Source: Candidatus Latescibacterota bacterium
GTDB taxonomy: Bacteria; Latescibacterota; UBA2968; UBA8231
Assembly: GCA_965219385.1 (NCBI GenBank)
Contig: CBDCNM010000002.1
Coordinates: 2,102,936-2,166,935, forward strand
Direction of reading: 5' to 3'
Length of the DNA: 64,000 bases
In this document: in pieces, positions 40,217 to 50,723 of the stretch
How the letters are laid out: every line of letters starts with the position of its first letter
Numbering within the stretch: position 1 is the stretch's first letter
Program-made: the position numbers and the translations under genes
Notes under the pieces: generated by a model
Database searches by the model: none
What the model was told of the DNA's origin: nothing
The model's input: the letters and a program-made list of their open reading frames with translations, nothing else

Positions 40217-41203
40217 ATGGATCTGGACAAGGTGTACCAGGAAGCGGATACCGCCCGGCGCATGGCCGCGGCCGGGACCGCGTTTTTAGATGCCCTCTAC
40301 CACGATCAGCGCGCCCGGGCCGCCATGGACTTCGGCGACCATGCCGAGCGCGAGAACTGGCACTATGTGCCGCGCGTCCGGTCCGGCCTGGCGCTCAAGG
40401 AGATGGACGACCACCAGCGCGAGCGGGCCCACTTCCTGGTCGGCACGGGCCTGAGCGCGGAGGGCCACGCCAGGGTCCGGACCATCATCGAGCTGGAGGA
40501 AATCCTGGGCCAAATAGAGGGCCCCAGGCGCAGGTTCAAGCGCGATTCAGAGCTTTACTACATGAGCATATTCGGCACCCCCGGGGCTAGCGCAGGGTGG
40601 GGCTGGCGCTTCGAGGGCCACCACATCTCCCTCAACTACACCCTGGTGGAGGGCTGCATGGTGGCGCCCACACCGCTGTTCTTTGGGAGCAACCCGGCCC
40701 GGGTGCTGCACGGCGAGCACGAGGGCCGGCGGGCCCTCAAGGAGGAAGAAGACCGGGCCCGGGACCTGCTTTTCGCCCTGGACGGCGAGCAGAAGAGCCA
40801 GGCCATCGTCCTTGAGCAGGCGCCGGCGGATATCCTCACCCGGGACCTAGCCTACGTGCGCGGCCAAGTGGAGCCGGAGGGGCTGGCGGGCAGGGATATG
40901 AATCCAGGCCAGCGCGAGTTGATGCAGGACCTGGTGGAGGTCTACATCAGCCGGCTACCCGAGGAGGTGGCCGCGGTGGAGCGGGACAAGCTGGAGCAGG
41001 CCGATCCCCTGGCCCTCTATTTTGCCTGGGCCGGCGGCCAGGAGCGCGGCCAGGGCCACTACTACCGCGTCCAGGGGCCCATCTTCATGGCCGAATACGA
41101 CAACACCCAGAACAATGCCAACCACATACACACGGTGTGGCGCGACCTGCGCAACGACTTTGGAGAAGATGTGCTGAAACGCCACTACCAGCGGGCGCAT
41201 TGA
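40217..41203 (+). CDS. DUF3500 family protein
   Basis: WHYVP, WGWRFEGHHISLN, HYYRVQGP, EYDNTQNNANHIHTVWRD..NDFG. Confidence 0.88.
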   Translation: MDLDKVYQEADTARRMAAAGTAFLDALYHDQRARAAMDFGDHAERENWHYVPRVRSGLALKEMDDHQRERAHFLVGTGLSAEGHARVRTIIELEEILGQIEGPRRRFKRDSELYYMSIFGTPGASAGWGWRFEGHHISLNYTLVEGCMVAPTPLFFGSNPARVLHGEHEGRRALKEEEDRARDLLFALDGEQKSQAIVLEQAPADILTRDLAYVRGQVEPEGLAGRDMNPGQRELMQDLVEVYISRLPEEVAAVERDKLEQADPLALYFAWAGGQERGQGHYYRVQGPIFMAEYDNTQNNANHIHTVWRDLRNDFGEDVLKRHYQRAH

Positions 41204-41211
41204 TCCGGGGC

Positions 41212-41950
41212 ATGTCTGCTTCCGAGGGCCGCCGGGCAACCCTCTACCAGCAACTCCACACCACCTATCCGCGACGTGGGTTCGACAACTGGATGGTGTG
41301 GGTCGGTGGTATGGCGGTCCGGGTGGATGGGCGCTGGTGCGGTCCGCCCCTGGCGCGGGCTTTTGCGGGCGGCAAGGAACCGGCCGTGCCAGCCCGGATC
41401 CGGGTCGAATTCTTCGTGGGCGCCCTGGAGGCGACGACCGTGCGGTGCGGGGACGTGGAGGCGCGCTTGTGGACCGATGTGAACCGGAGCGATCCAGGCC
41501 ACTACCTGCCCATGCACCTGGTTTGCGACGCGGAGGGGGTACCCCGGCTGGCCGGCCAGAACCTGGTCTTCGAATCCGGGGATTTTCACCTTGGCGCGAC
41601 CGGGGTGTTTTCCTTCACCGTGGAGTTTTCCGCCGATCCCCGCCCCCTCAACGATATCGCCCCCCACAAGGACGGGGTCCTGGTGGTCAGCCCGGCGTGG
41701 GTGCGGGAGGGCCCCTCCATCATCGAGGTCTGCGTACGCAAGGCCGGCGCCCGGCAGCAGGGGGGGCGGTTCAGCGGCACCTTCACCCACCTGCAGCGGG
41801 ATCAAGGTGAAGGGGGCTCGGGTGCTTTTCGACACCTATGAGGCCTTCCAGATCTTAAATCCGGCCGGGGGAGGAGTTGTGCAGGAAGGGAGTGATTTTG
41901 TTTTTCGGACAGGGCCGTTGCAAAGCAGGGTTTTTCGGCTGGCCTATTGA
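41212..41950 (+). pseudogene. Hypothetical gene, apparently internally deleted or frameshifted
   Basis: Protein-like ORF to about 41800, then a protein-like tail in another frame ending at 41950. Confidence 0.4.
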
Positions 41951-42037
41951 AGCACCCAATATTCCTCTTGCTCCATCAAGGCTCTGGGGATACTTTCTGT
42001 GAAAGGATGGAAGGCATCAAATAGGGAGGAAAACCAC

Positions 42038-42850
42038 ATGTCCGAAGCAAAACTGGGCGTCATCCACCACAACTGGCCGGGCTACGACCTGGAAGGATTC
42101 GCAGAGCGGGCCAGCGAGATCGGCTACCGCTACTGCGAGTTGCAGATCGGGGACATCTGGGACGGGGCGTCCACAGACGGCGAAAAAACCGCCGAGGCCA
42201 CCCGCCGACTTCTGGAAAAACACGGCATGCAGGCCGCGACCGTGGCCGCGGGCAACGACTTTTTGCAGGCCGATCCCGCGGCCTTGCAGGCCCAGATCGA
42301 GCGCTACCGCTACGTCTGCCAGATCATCCCCCACACCGGCGCGGATATCGTGCGCTCGGACGGCGGCTGGAACCGCGACGGCCAGGTGCCGGAGGACCAG
42401 TGGGACGCCATGTTGCTGGACGCCTTCAAACGCTGCGCCGACTTCCTGGAGGAACTGGATGTCCGCATCGCCCTGGACAACCACGGCCTGTCCACCAACG
42501 ACGGGGAGTGGCAGCTGAGCCTGATCGAGCGGGTGGGCTCCGATCGCCTGGGCGTCAACCTGGACACCATGAACTACCGCTGGTACGGCCATGACCTGGA
42601 GCGGATCAATGGTTTTTACGAGATCCTGGCCCCCCACGTCTTCCACACCCACATGAAGGACGGCACGGGCTCACGCGCCAGCTACCAGGGGGCGGCTCTG
42701 GGCGCGGGCGAGATCAACCTGGCCCACGCCGTGAAATGCCTCAAGGACGCTGGGTACGACGGAGCCTGGACCGCAGAGTACGAAGGGCCGGAGGCCGCCA
42801 GTGGGGTGGGGTACAAGAAGTGTTACAGGTGGTTGAAAGAAAATATCTGA
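42038..42850 (+). CDS. Sugar phosphate isomerase/epimerase family
   Basis: ALDNH, NLDTMN, HTHMKD, TAEYEG; upstream TTGCTC-17-TACTTT. Confidence 0.87.
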   Translation: MSEAKLGVIHHNWPGYDLEGFAERASEIGYRYCELQIGDIWDGASTDGEKTAEATRRLLEKHGMQAATVAAGNDFLQADPAALQAQIERYRYVCQIIPHTGADIVRSDGGWNRDGQVPEDQWDAMLLDAFKRCADFLEELDVRIALDNHGLSTNDGEWQLSLIERVGSDRLGVNLDTMNYRWYGHDLERINGFYEILAPHVFHTHMKDGTGSRASYQGAALGAGEINLAHAVKCLKDAGYDGAWTAEYEGPEAASGVGYKKCYRWLKENI

Positions 42851-42881
42851 GGGGAAGAATTCGGCTCCGGACCAGCCTACC

Positions 42882-45800
42882 TCATTGCCGGCGCTCTATT
42901 TCCTCGAGTTGTTTGTCCAGGCGTTGGGGGGAGATGGAATGGGCCGTGCCCAGCTCCTGAGCAAAGATGGAGACCCTGTACTCCTCCACCATCCAGCGCA
43001 GGGCCTCGATCTGCTGGTGGCGCCGGGGCGGGGGCGCCTCTTCCTGTAAAAGCTGGTCCAGGGCCTCCTGGTAGGGCTGTACCTGGCGGGCCTTCTGGGC
43101 GTCTTTGCCGGCTCCGGCCCGGGCCCGCCCGGCGCGCACCAAGATGGCCTTGAGGTAGCGGTGCAGGTGGGGTAGCTGCGCATGGGGAGTATGCAGCAGA
43201 AAGTCTTTGGGCAGCAAGCGTTTGAGATCTTCTTCCATCCCCGGATAGGAGTGGGGGTGGAGCCGTATTTCCCGCAAGCCCTGCAGCAGGTCGTCCACCC
43301 GGTCGATGAAGCCCAAGGCCAACCCCTCGAAGCGTTTCCGGGCCCGGGCCAAATCCTGCTCAAAAGCCGAGGCGGTGAGGGGATAGAGGTCTTCTCTGAA
43401 GAACAGGTAACGCTCCAGGTGTTCGAAGGCATACCCCCGCAATTCGGCGGCGCTGCCCAGGGGTTTGTAGAGTTCCTTGAACTCGTCCAGTTCCACCAGT
43501 TCGCGCCGCAGCCACTTGAGCTCGTCCTGCAGGGCCAGCTCGCAGAGCCGCAAAAGGCCTCCCCGGCTCGCGGCCTCGGCCTCCTCCCGGGTCTTGAAAA
43601 GGTTGATCCTGACGCTGTCTTCCTCGGCCCGGAGGCCGGGAAATCCGTACACCGGCACCCCGGACACAGCGGTGATTTCGACCCGCTCGGGCAAATCCCC
43701 GAAGCTCCAGGTTTTCAGGCCCCCCTGGTCCCACTCGGCCGCGGCCCGCTTCCAGGCCTCCAGCTCGACGGGGGTATCGTGTTGCTCCAGGCCTTCGGCC
43801 AGGGCCTGCAGGTCGCGGCCGGCGCCCACAGGCCGGCCTTCGGTGCCCTGCACTTCGATGCGCATGCGCAGATGGTCCGGCAGACCCTCCAGCTTCCAGT
43901 CCAGGCGCCGGATCTGGATGCGGTAGCGCTCCTGGATGAAGACTTCCAGGGCCTCCAGGAAGGAGGTGTGGGTGGGCCGCAGCTCGGCGGCGATCTGCCG
44001 GGCCTTTACCGGGATGGGCACAAGTTGCTTGCGGATGTCCTTGGGCAGGGAGCGCAGCAGGTGGGTGATCTTCTCTTCCAGAAATCCCGGCACCAGCCAC
44101 TCCAGGACCTCGGGCTGGATGGCGTGGATGAGCTTGTAGGGTATTTTGAGGGTGATGCCATCGTCGTCCTGGCCGGGGCGGTAGGCATAGGAGAGCGCCA
44201 GCTCTTCCTGGTCCAGGGTCAGGGTATCGGGAAAGATCCGCTCGTCGAAGCCGGCCTCGGGCTCATCCAGCAAATCCTCCTGCCGCATGAAGAGGAAGCG
44301 GGGGTCCTGGGCGCGGTTTTCCCGCACCACGCGGTTCAGGTCGTGGATCGACGAGACCCCTTTCAGGTGCCGGGCGTAGAACTGGTAGACCACCTCTTCC
44401 AGGTCCGGGCCGTGGTGGCGGTGCAGCCGGGTCTGGTAGGTCTCGATCTTGTGGTAGAGCCGGCGGTTGTGCTCCAGGAAGGGGTGGGGGGCGTGGATCT
44501 GGTCGCCGATCAGGGCCTCGCGGATGAAGATCTCGGTGGAGTGGACCGGATTGACCCGCTGGTAGGGAATCTGGTGGGACAGGACTTCGAGGCCGTAGAG
44601 GGTGAGGGTCTCGCGCACCAGGACCCGGCCCGAGGGCTCGTTCCAATAAGGGTCCTTGTGAGTGGCGCGGCACAGGTGCCCGCCCAGCTCCTCCAGCCAG
44701 GCCGGGTTGATCCGAGCGCAGGTGCGGGCGAAGAGGCGCGAGGTTTCGACCATTTCGGCGGCCATCACCCACTCGGGGGTTTTGTCGCCGACGGTGTCTT
44801 TGCTTTTGCCTTTGGGCTGAAACAGACTGGAGCCGGGAAACAACATCGCCTCGCGGTCCCGGGCCGCCTGGTAGAAGTTGAACTCTTTTTTGCGGGCGAT
44901 GTTGCTGAGCAGACCGCTGACCACGGCGCGGTGCACGGCATCGTAGTCGGCCGCCTCCTGGTTCCAGCGGAAGCCGCCGATCTCGCGCAGGGTCTCAGTG
45001 AGCTGGACGTGGATATCGCGCCACTCGCGCATCCGCATGTAGGAGAGAAAGTGGCTGCGGCAGAATTTGCGCATCTGGTTCTGGGTGTGCTTCTCCTCGA
45101 GCTGGTCGTGGTAGGCGTCCCAGATGTTGAGGAAGGCAAGGAAGTCGGACTGGGGGTGGAGGAAGGGCCGGTGCATCTGGTCGGCCTGCTCCTGCTTGTC
45201 CTGGGGGCGCTCGCGCGGGTCCTGGATGCTGATGACCGCGGCGATGACCAGGACCTCGCGCAGGGCCCCTTCCTCCTGCGCCTGGAGGACCATGCGCGCC
45301 ACCGTGGGCGCGATCGGCAGGCGGGCCATGGCGCGGCCCAGGCGGGTCAGGCGGCGCTGACCGTCCAGGGCGCCCAGCTCCTCCAGCAGCAGGAAACCGC
45401 CGCGGATGGCCTGGGGGGTGGGCGGATCGACAAAGGGAAAGCGCTCCACGTCCCCCAGCTTGAGGGCCAGCATGTGAAGGATCACCTGGGCCAGGTTGGC
45501 GCGCTGGATTTCGGGCTGGGTGTAAGGGGGCCGCGCCAGCAGGTCGGTCTCCTCGTAGAGGCGGATGCAGATGCCGCCGGAGAGGCGGCCGCAGCGGCCC
45601 TTGCGCTGCTCGGCGCTACTCTGGGAGATGGGCTCGACGGGCAGGCGCTGGGTCTGGGTGCGCGGGTTGTAGCGGCTGAGCCGGGCCAGGCCGGTATCGA
45701 TGACGTAGTGGATGCCGGGGATGGTCAGGGAGGTCTCGGCGACGTTGGTGGACACCACGATGCGGCGGCGGGCCTGGGGCGCGAAGACCCGTTGCTGCTC

Positions 45801-46799
45801 GGCCGCGGTGAGGCGGCCGAAAAGGGGCAGGATCTCGGCGCGGTCGAAGCGACGTCCGGCGAGCAGGTCGCGGGTTTCGTGGATGTCCTTCTCGGTGGGC
45901 ATGAAGAGCAGGATATCGCCATCGCGGGACTCGGCGAAGATCTCTTCGACCGCGCTCACGGCCGCGTCGATGTAGGTGTAGTCGCCGCTTTCTTCGAGGA
46001 GTTCGTCCAGGGGCCAGTAGCGCACCTCGACCGGGTACATGCGGCCCGAGACCTGGACGACGGGGGCGTTGTCAAAGGCCTTGGAAAAGGCCTCGGTGTC
46101 GATGGTGGCCGAGGTAATGACGATTTTGAGATCGGGCCGGCGGCGCAGGAGGCGCAAATAGCCCAGGAGGTAGTCGATGTTGAGGCTGCGCTCGTGGGCC
46201 TCGTCGACGATGACGGTGTCGTACTCTAGGAGCTGCGGGTCGTTCTGGATTTCGGCCAGGAGCATGCCGTCGGTCATCATCTTGATGAGGGTCTGGGGCG
46301 CGGTCTGGTCCTTGAAGCGGATCTTGCAGCCCACTTCGCGGCCCCAGCCCACCTGCAGCTCTTCGGCGATGCGGCGGGAGAGGGAGAGGGCGGCCACACG
46401 GCGCGGCTGGGTGCAGGCGATCTTGGCCTTTAGACCCAGGCCGGCTTCCAGGCAGATCTTGGGGATCTGGGTGGTCTTGCCCGAGCCGGTCTCGCCGGCG
46501 ACGATGACCACGGGGTTGTCGTGGATGGCCCGGAGAATCTGGTCCTTAAGGGCGGTGATGGGCAGTTCTTCGGGGTAGGTGAGGGCGGGCAGGTTGCGCC
46601 GGCGTTCTTGCAGGAGGCGGGCGGATTTTTCGGCGCGGCGCACGAGGCGTTCCAGCTCGCGGGGGTGGGGGTTGCGGTGCCGGCGCAGCAGTTTGTGGAG
46701 TTGTTTTTCGAGGCGCTTGCGTTCCTGGAGCATGCACTGGGGCAACAGGGCCTCGAGCTCGGCGCGGAAGCCGCGGGTGGTCGGGTTTTTTACGGGCAT
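42882..46799 (-). CDS. hrpA: ATP-dependent RNA helicase HrpA
   Basis: GETGSGKTTQ, TQPRR, DEAHERS, SAT, TNVAETS, QRKGRCGR, C-terminal RWMVEEYRVSIFAQELGT. Confidence 0.97.
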   Translation of the reverse strand: MPVKNPTTRGFRAELEALLPQCMLQERKRLEKQLHKLLRRHRNPHPRELERLVRRAEKSARLLQERRRNLPALTYPEELPITALKDQILRAIHDNPVVIVAGETGSGKTTQIPKICLEAGLGLKAKIACTQPRRVAALSLSRRIAEELQVGWGREVGCKIRFKDQTAPQTLIKMMTDGMLLAEIQNDPQLLEYDTVIVDEAHERSLNIDYLLGYLRLLRRRPDLKIVITSATIDTEAFSKAFDNAPVVQVSGRMYPVEVRYWPLDELLEESGDYTYIDAAVSAVEEIFAESRDGDILLFMPTEKDIHETRDLLAGRRFDRAEILPLFGRLTAAEQQRVFAPQARRRIVVSTNVAETSLTIPGIHYVIDTGLARLSRYNPRTQTQRLPVEPISQSSAEQRKGRCGRLSGGICIRLYEETDLLARPPYTQPEIQRANLAQVILHMLALKLGDVERFPFVDPPTPQAIRGGFLLLEELGALDGQRRLTRLGRAMARLPIAPTVARMVLQAQEEGALREVLVIAAVISIQDPRERPQDKQEQADQMHRPFLHPQSDFLAFLNIWDAYHDQLEEKHTQNQMRKFCRSHFLSYMRMREWRDIHVQLTETLREIGGFRWNQEAADYDAVHRAVVSGLLSNIARKKEFNFYQAARDREAMLFPGSSLFQPKGKSKDTVGDKTPEWVMAAEMVETSRLFARTCARINPAWLEELGGHLCRATHKDPYWNEPSGRVLVRETLTLYGLEVLSHQIPYQRVNPVHSTEIFIREALIGDQIHAPHPFLEHNRRLYHKIETYQTRLHRHHGPDLEEVVYQFYARHLKGVSSIHDLNRVVRENRAQDPRFLFMRQEDLLDEPEAGFDERIFPDTLTLDQEELALSYAYRPGQDDDGITLKIPYKLIHAIQPEVLEWLVPGFLEEKITHLLRSLPKDIRKQLVPIPVKARQIAAELRPTHTSFLEALEVFIQERYRIQIRRLDWKLEGLPDHLRMRIEVQGTEGRPVGAGRDLQALAEGLEQHDTPVELEAWKRAAAEWDQGGLKTWSFGDLPERVEITAVSGVPVYGFPGLRAEEDSVRINLFKTREEAEAASRGGLLRLCELALQDELKWLRRELVELDEFKELYKPLGSAAELRGYAFEHLERYLFFREDLYPLTASAFEQDLARARKRFEGLALGFIDRVDDLLQGLREIRLHPHSYPGMEEDLKRLLPKDFLLHTPHAQLPHLHRYLKAILVRAGRARAGAGKDAQKARQVQPYQEALDQLLQEEAPPPRRHQQIEALRWMVEEYRVSIFAQELGTAHSISPQRLDKQLEEIERRQ

Positions 46800-46909
46800 C
46801 CGGATATTTTTCTGAAAGTCGAAGATTGCCAGTAAATATGGGCTATCCACTAGAAACCCCACAAGTGATTTTTCAAATCTGCAGGATATGCACTGGCTTC
46901 CGGTCCCCC

Positions 46910-46939
46910 TTGCCGGGGGCAGCGAAAGAAACCTATATT
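46910..46939 (+). promoter_or_regulatory. Candidate sigma70 promoter
   Basis: TTGCCG-18 nt-TATATT upstream of 46996. Confidence 0.5.
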
Positions 46940-46995
46940 CGTCCTTTAACTACCTAACTACAGCAGGTTTCCCCGCCTAGACAAGGAGCAAGGCA

Positions 46996-48075
46996 ATGAC
47001 TGAGAATGCATCGGGTAAGAGTATCCAACCCCAGGATCTGGAGGCCTTCTGTATCGCCGCCATGCAAAAAGCCGGACTGAGCCAGGAGGATGCCGAACTA
47101 AGCGCCCGGGTCTTCGTCACCACCGATACCTGGGGCACCTTCACCCACGGTACCCGGCAGATCCGCGGGCTGATGAAGAACGCGCGCCGGGGCCGGCTGG
47201 TCTCCACGGCCAAAGAAGAGGTCATCGCCGAGGGGCCGGCTTTTGCCATCATCGACGCGCACGACGGCATGCCGCCGGCTATTTCGTACCGCGCCGTGGA
47301 ACTGGCCATCCGCAAGGCCAGGCAGAGCGGCATGTGCTATACTGGGATCAGGGGCAGCAGCCACTACGGAGCCGCGGGTTACTATGCCAACATGATCGCC
47401 GAGCACGACATGATCGGGTTGTCCATGTGCAATGTCGAGCCCTGCATGACCGTGCCGGGGGGGAAGAGCAAGGTCCTGGGCACCAACCCGATCGCCTATG
47501 CGGCCCCGACCGGCACCAAGCGCACGGTCATGCTCGACATCGCCACCAGCGCGGTGGCGGCCACCAAGATCTTCGCGGCCAAAAACGAGGGCAGGAGCAT
47601 CCCGGACACCTGGTTGGTCGACGACGACGGGATTCCGACCACCGACCCCAACAACTACCCCGAGCAGGGCGCACAGCTGCCCATGGCCGGCCACAAAGGC
47701 TATGGTCTGGCGGTGCTGGTGGAGATCCTGACCGCGACCTTGAGCGGCTCGGCCATGATGAGTGGGGTGCACAGCTGGGTGTCGGAGGACGAGGAGCCTT
47801 CCAATCAAGGGCATGCGTTTGTGGCTATCAATGCCGGCGCCATGATGCCACTGGAGGAGTTCCAGGCGCGCATGGGGGCGATGTGTCAGGAGATCAAGGG
47901 GGCGGAGACGGCCAGGGGTGGAACCATTTATCTTCCCGGTGAGATGGAGTGGGAGAAGCGCGAGAAGGCGCTGGTCGAGGGCATTGTAATGCCGGAAGAT
48001 GTCCTGATCAGTCTGCGCGGGCTGGCCGAGGACAGTGGGCTGGATCCGGCTGATTTCAATCTGGATCTGGGGTGA
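46996..48075 (+). CDS. Ldh_2 family oxidoreductase (malate/L-sulfolactate/ureidoglycolate dehydrogenase-like)
   Basis: THG, SHYGAAGYY, LGTNP, LDIATS, GHKGYGLA, YLPGE. Confidence 0.9.
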   Translation: MTENASGKSIQPQDLEAFCIAAMQKAGLSQEDAELSARVFVTTDTWGTFTHGTRQIRGLMKNARRGRLVSTAKEEVIAEGPAFAIIDAHDGMPPAISYRAVELAIRKARQSGMCYTGIRGSSHYGAAGYYANMIAEHDMIGLSMCNVEPCMTVPGGKSKVLGTNPIAYAAPTGTKRTVMLDIATSAVAATKIFAAKNEGRSIPDTWLVDDDGIPTTDPNNYPEQGAQLPMAGHKGYGLAVLVEILTATLSGSAMMSGVHSWVSEDEEPSNQGHAFVAINAGAMMPLEEFQARMGAMCQEIKGAETARGGTIYLPGEMEWEKREKALVEGIVMPEDVLISLRGLAEDSGLDPADFNLDLG

Positions 48076-48130
48076 CTGGAGCCGTCTTTTTGGACACCAG
48101 TTCAACCGCGATCTTGCACAAGGAGGAAGC

Positions 48131-49291
48131 ATGAAAATCTACAGAGTGGCGATTCTGGGTTGCCGGGGCCGGGGCCAGGCCGCGGCCCTGGCCTACCAGG
48201 CGCACCCGCGCACCGAGGTGGTGGCCCTGTGCGATCTTGTGCCCGAGCGCCTGGAGGCGCTGGGCGAGAAGCTGGGCGTGGACGCCCGCTTCGCCGACCT
48301 GGACGAGATGATCCGTCAGACCCGGCCCGATATCGTGGCCATTCCCACGGGCACGGAGTTCCACCACGACCTGGCCCTGCGGGTGCTGGCGCACGGGGTC
48401 CACATCGACATCGAGAAGCCGCTGTGCACCGACCTGGAGGAGGCGGACGAGGTGGTGGCCCTGGGGCGTGAAAAGGGGGTCCGGATCGCCGTGCACCACC
48501 AGGGTCGCCTCGGTCCCTCCCTGCAGGCGGCGTACCGGGTTTACGAGGAGGGACGGATCGGCAAATTGCTCTACATGTACACCCGCGACAAGGGGTATTA
48601 CGGCGGCCTCGGGGTGATGAATATCGCCACCCACAAGGTCAACATGATGCTCAAGTTCGGCGGCCACTGCCGCAGCGTGTCGGCCGTGGCCCTGACCGAT
48701 GGACACCTCATCACCCCCGAGGATGTCGTAACCTCCCCCTTGGGCATGGGTACCATTGCCGGGGAGTACATCACCGCGACCCTGCACTTCGACGACAATG
48801 TGACCGCCGGTCTGTTGCAGCACCGCCTTCCCGGCAAGACGGATACCACCGCCTCGGCCATCGAGTTCTTCGGCACCGAGGGACGGTTGTTGTTCAGGGG
48901 CTCTACTGCCTGGTGGCTGCCGCAGCCCCACTTTTTGCCCGACGGCGAGCACGATGCCTGGGAGCCGCTGGCGCCGATCATCCCGGAACACTACGACCCG
49001 GAGAGCGAGGCCAACCCCGACGACTACTGCTACGTGGACGAGTACGTCCAGGCCCTGGACCAGGGCCGCGAGCACGAGTGCAACGGTCCCGAGGGGTTGC
49101 ACGTGCTGGAGGTCTTGATGGGGATTTTCGAGTCGGGTGCGTACGGACGGCGGGTGGAGTTGCCGGCGGCGGACCGCCGGCACCCCCTGCTGCGCTGGCG
49201 GCGTGAGCACGGCCTGGACGATCCCGGGCCGGTGCCGCGCGACCACATCCAGTGGCTCGAAGAGGAAGACCAGCGGCTGGGCCGGGAATAG
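48131..49291 (+). CDS. Gfo/Idh/MocA oxidoreductase
   Basis: GCRGRG, IEKP, HH..R; AGGAGG RBS. Confidence 0.88.
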   Translation: MKIYRVAILGCRGRGQAAALAYQAHPRTEVVALCDLVPERLEALGEKLGVDARFADLDEMIRQTRPDIVAIPTGTEFHHDLALRVLAHGVHIDIEKPLCTDLEEADEVVALGREKGVRIAVHHQGRLGPSLQAAYRVYEEGRIGKLLYMYTRDKGYYGGLGVMNIATHKVNMMLKFGGHCRSVSAVALTDGHLITPEDVVTSPLGMGTIAGEYITATLHFDDNVTAGLLQHRLPGKTDTTASAIEFFGTEGRLLFRGSTAWWLPQPHFLPDGEHDAWEPLAPIIPEHYDPESEANPDDYCYVDEYVQALDQGREHECNGPEGLHVLEVLMGIFESGAYGRRVELPAADRRHPLLRWRREHGLDDPGPVPRDHIQWLEEEDQRLGRE

Positions 49292-49473
49292 GGGCAGGAG
49301 GCGGCAAGATGAAAACCTACCGCGAAGCCGCGGCAAAGGTTGGCACCTGGCTGGAGGACCACTTCGACGCCGGGGTCAACCGCACCATCGAGGCGGAAAG
49401 GGTGGCGCTACCCCAAGGTGCCCTACCTGCTCGCCATGGTCGGAAAACGCGCCCTGGGCGCGCGGGTGGTCCG

Positions 49474-49549
49474 GAAGGCTTCTTAGAAGCCTTCATCTGG
49501 GACTCATAAAACGCCAGAGGCAAGGTCCCCTTTCGGCCGTCCGCCGATT
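49474..49549 (+). repeat. Dispersed repeat copy preceded by head-to-head MITE termini
   Basis: GAAGGCTTC-TTA-GAAGCCTTC, then ATCTGGGACTCATAAAACGCCAGAGGC...CCGCCGATT. Confidence 0.8.
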
Positions 49550-49580
49550 GGGAGCAGGATTGGACAGGGTAGAGACAAAG

Positions 49581-50723
49581 ATGCGCGAGTTTGATTTTCA
49601 GCCCGGCGGGCGCGCGGTGTTCGGCGAAGGTGCCCTGGAGCAGCTGGGGGCCCTGTCCCGGGACCTGAGAGGAGAGCGGATTTTGCTGGTCACCGACCCG
49701 GGGCTGGTCCGGGCCGGCCTGGTGGAAAGGGCCCTGGATGCCCTCGACAAAACCTCATCGAGGGTCTTTGTATTCGAAGAGGTGGAAGAGAATCCAACCA
49801 CCCGCCACGTCGAAGAAGGGGTGAAATTCGCCCGCGCCCAGGGACCAATTGACCTGATCGTGGGTCTGGGGGGCGGCAGCGCCATGGACTGCGCCAAGGG
49901 CATCAACTTCCTGCTCACCAACGGCGGGGTCATGGAGGACTACTGGGGCATGGACAAAGCCACCCTGCCCATGCTGCCGTCCATGGGTTTGCCCACCACG
50001 GCGGGAACGGGCAGCGAGGCCCAGTCCTTTGCCCTGATCGCCCGGGAAGAAACCCACCAGAAGATGGCCTGCGGCGACAAGAAGGCCCGGTTTCGCACGG
50101 TGATCCTTGATCCGGACCTGATCCGGAGCGCGCCGCCGCGCGTGGCGGCGGCGGCGGGTCTAGACGCCATTTCCCACGCCCTGGAAAGTTATGTCACGAC
50201 CCGGAGGAATCCGCTCTCGCAGATGTTTGCGCGGGAGGCGTGGCGTTTGCTGGAACAGGGCTTTGAACCGGTTGTAGGCGATCCGGAGTCTGCCCAGGCT
50301 CGGGGGGAGATGCTTTTAGGGGCGCACCTGGCCGGGGTGGCCATCGAGGCTTCCATGCTAGGTGCGGCCCATGCCTGCGCCAACCCTCTGACGGCGCGCT
50401 ACGGGGTGGTGCACGGGGTGGCGGTCGGGCTTATGCTGCCCCACGTGATCCGCTTCAACAGCCAGGCGGAAGAGCCGCTTTACCGGGATCTGTGGCCCGG
50501 GGCGGGGGGAGACAAAGGGGAGGGTTGCGGGGAGCGGTTGGCTGCACGGGTCGAAGAGTTGAGGCGGGAGGCGGCGCTGGCGGAGGGGTTGCGGGAGCTG
50601 GATATCGAAGAGCGTGCTTTGCCCGAACTGGCCAAGGCGGCGGCGGAGCAGTGGACGGGGAAGTTCAATCCGCGGCCGGTGGGCGAAGCGGAGTTTTTGC
50701 AGCTTTATGAATCGGCGTACTGA
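49581..50723 (+). CDS. Iron-containing alcohol dehydrogenase
   Basis: GGGSAMDCAK, PTTAGTGSE, DAISHALES, H..HG metal ligands. Confidence 0.93.
   Translation: MREFDFQPGGRAVFGEGALEQLGALSRDLRGERILLVTDPGLVRAGLVERALDALDKTSSRVFVFEEVEENPTTRHVEEGVKFARAQGPIDLIVGLGGGSAMDCAKGINFLLTNGGVMEDYWGMDKATLPMLPSMGLPTTAGTGSEAQSFALIAREETHQKMACGDKKARFRTVILDPDLIRSAPPRVAAAAGLDAISHALESYVTTRRNPLSQMFAREAWRLLEQGFEPVVGDPESAQARGEMLLGAHLAGVAIEASMLGAAHACANPLTARYGVVHGVAVGLMLPHVIRFNSQAEEPLYRDLWPGAGGDKGEGCGERLAARVEELRREAALAEGLRELDIEERALPELAKAAAEQWTGKFNPRPVGEAEFLQLYESAY

Noticed and set aside
43182..46229. 1015-aa + strand ORF
   Set aside because: Antisense shadow of hrpA, typical of high-GC codon bias; no motifs.
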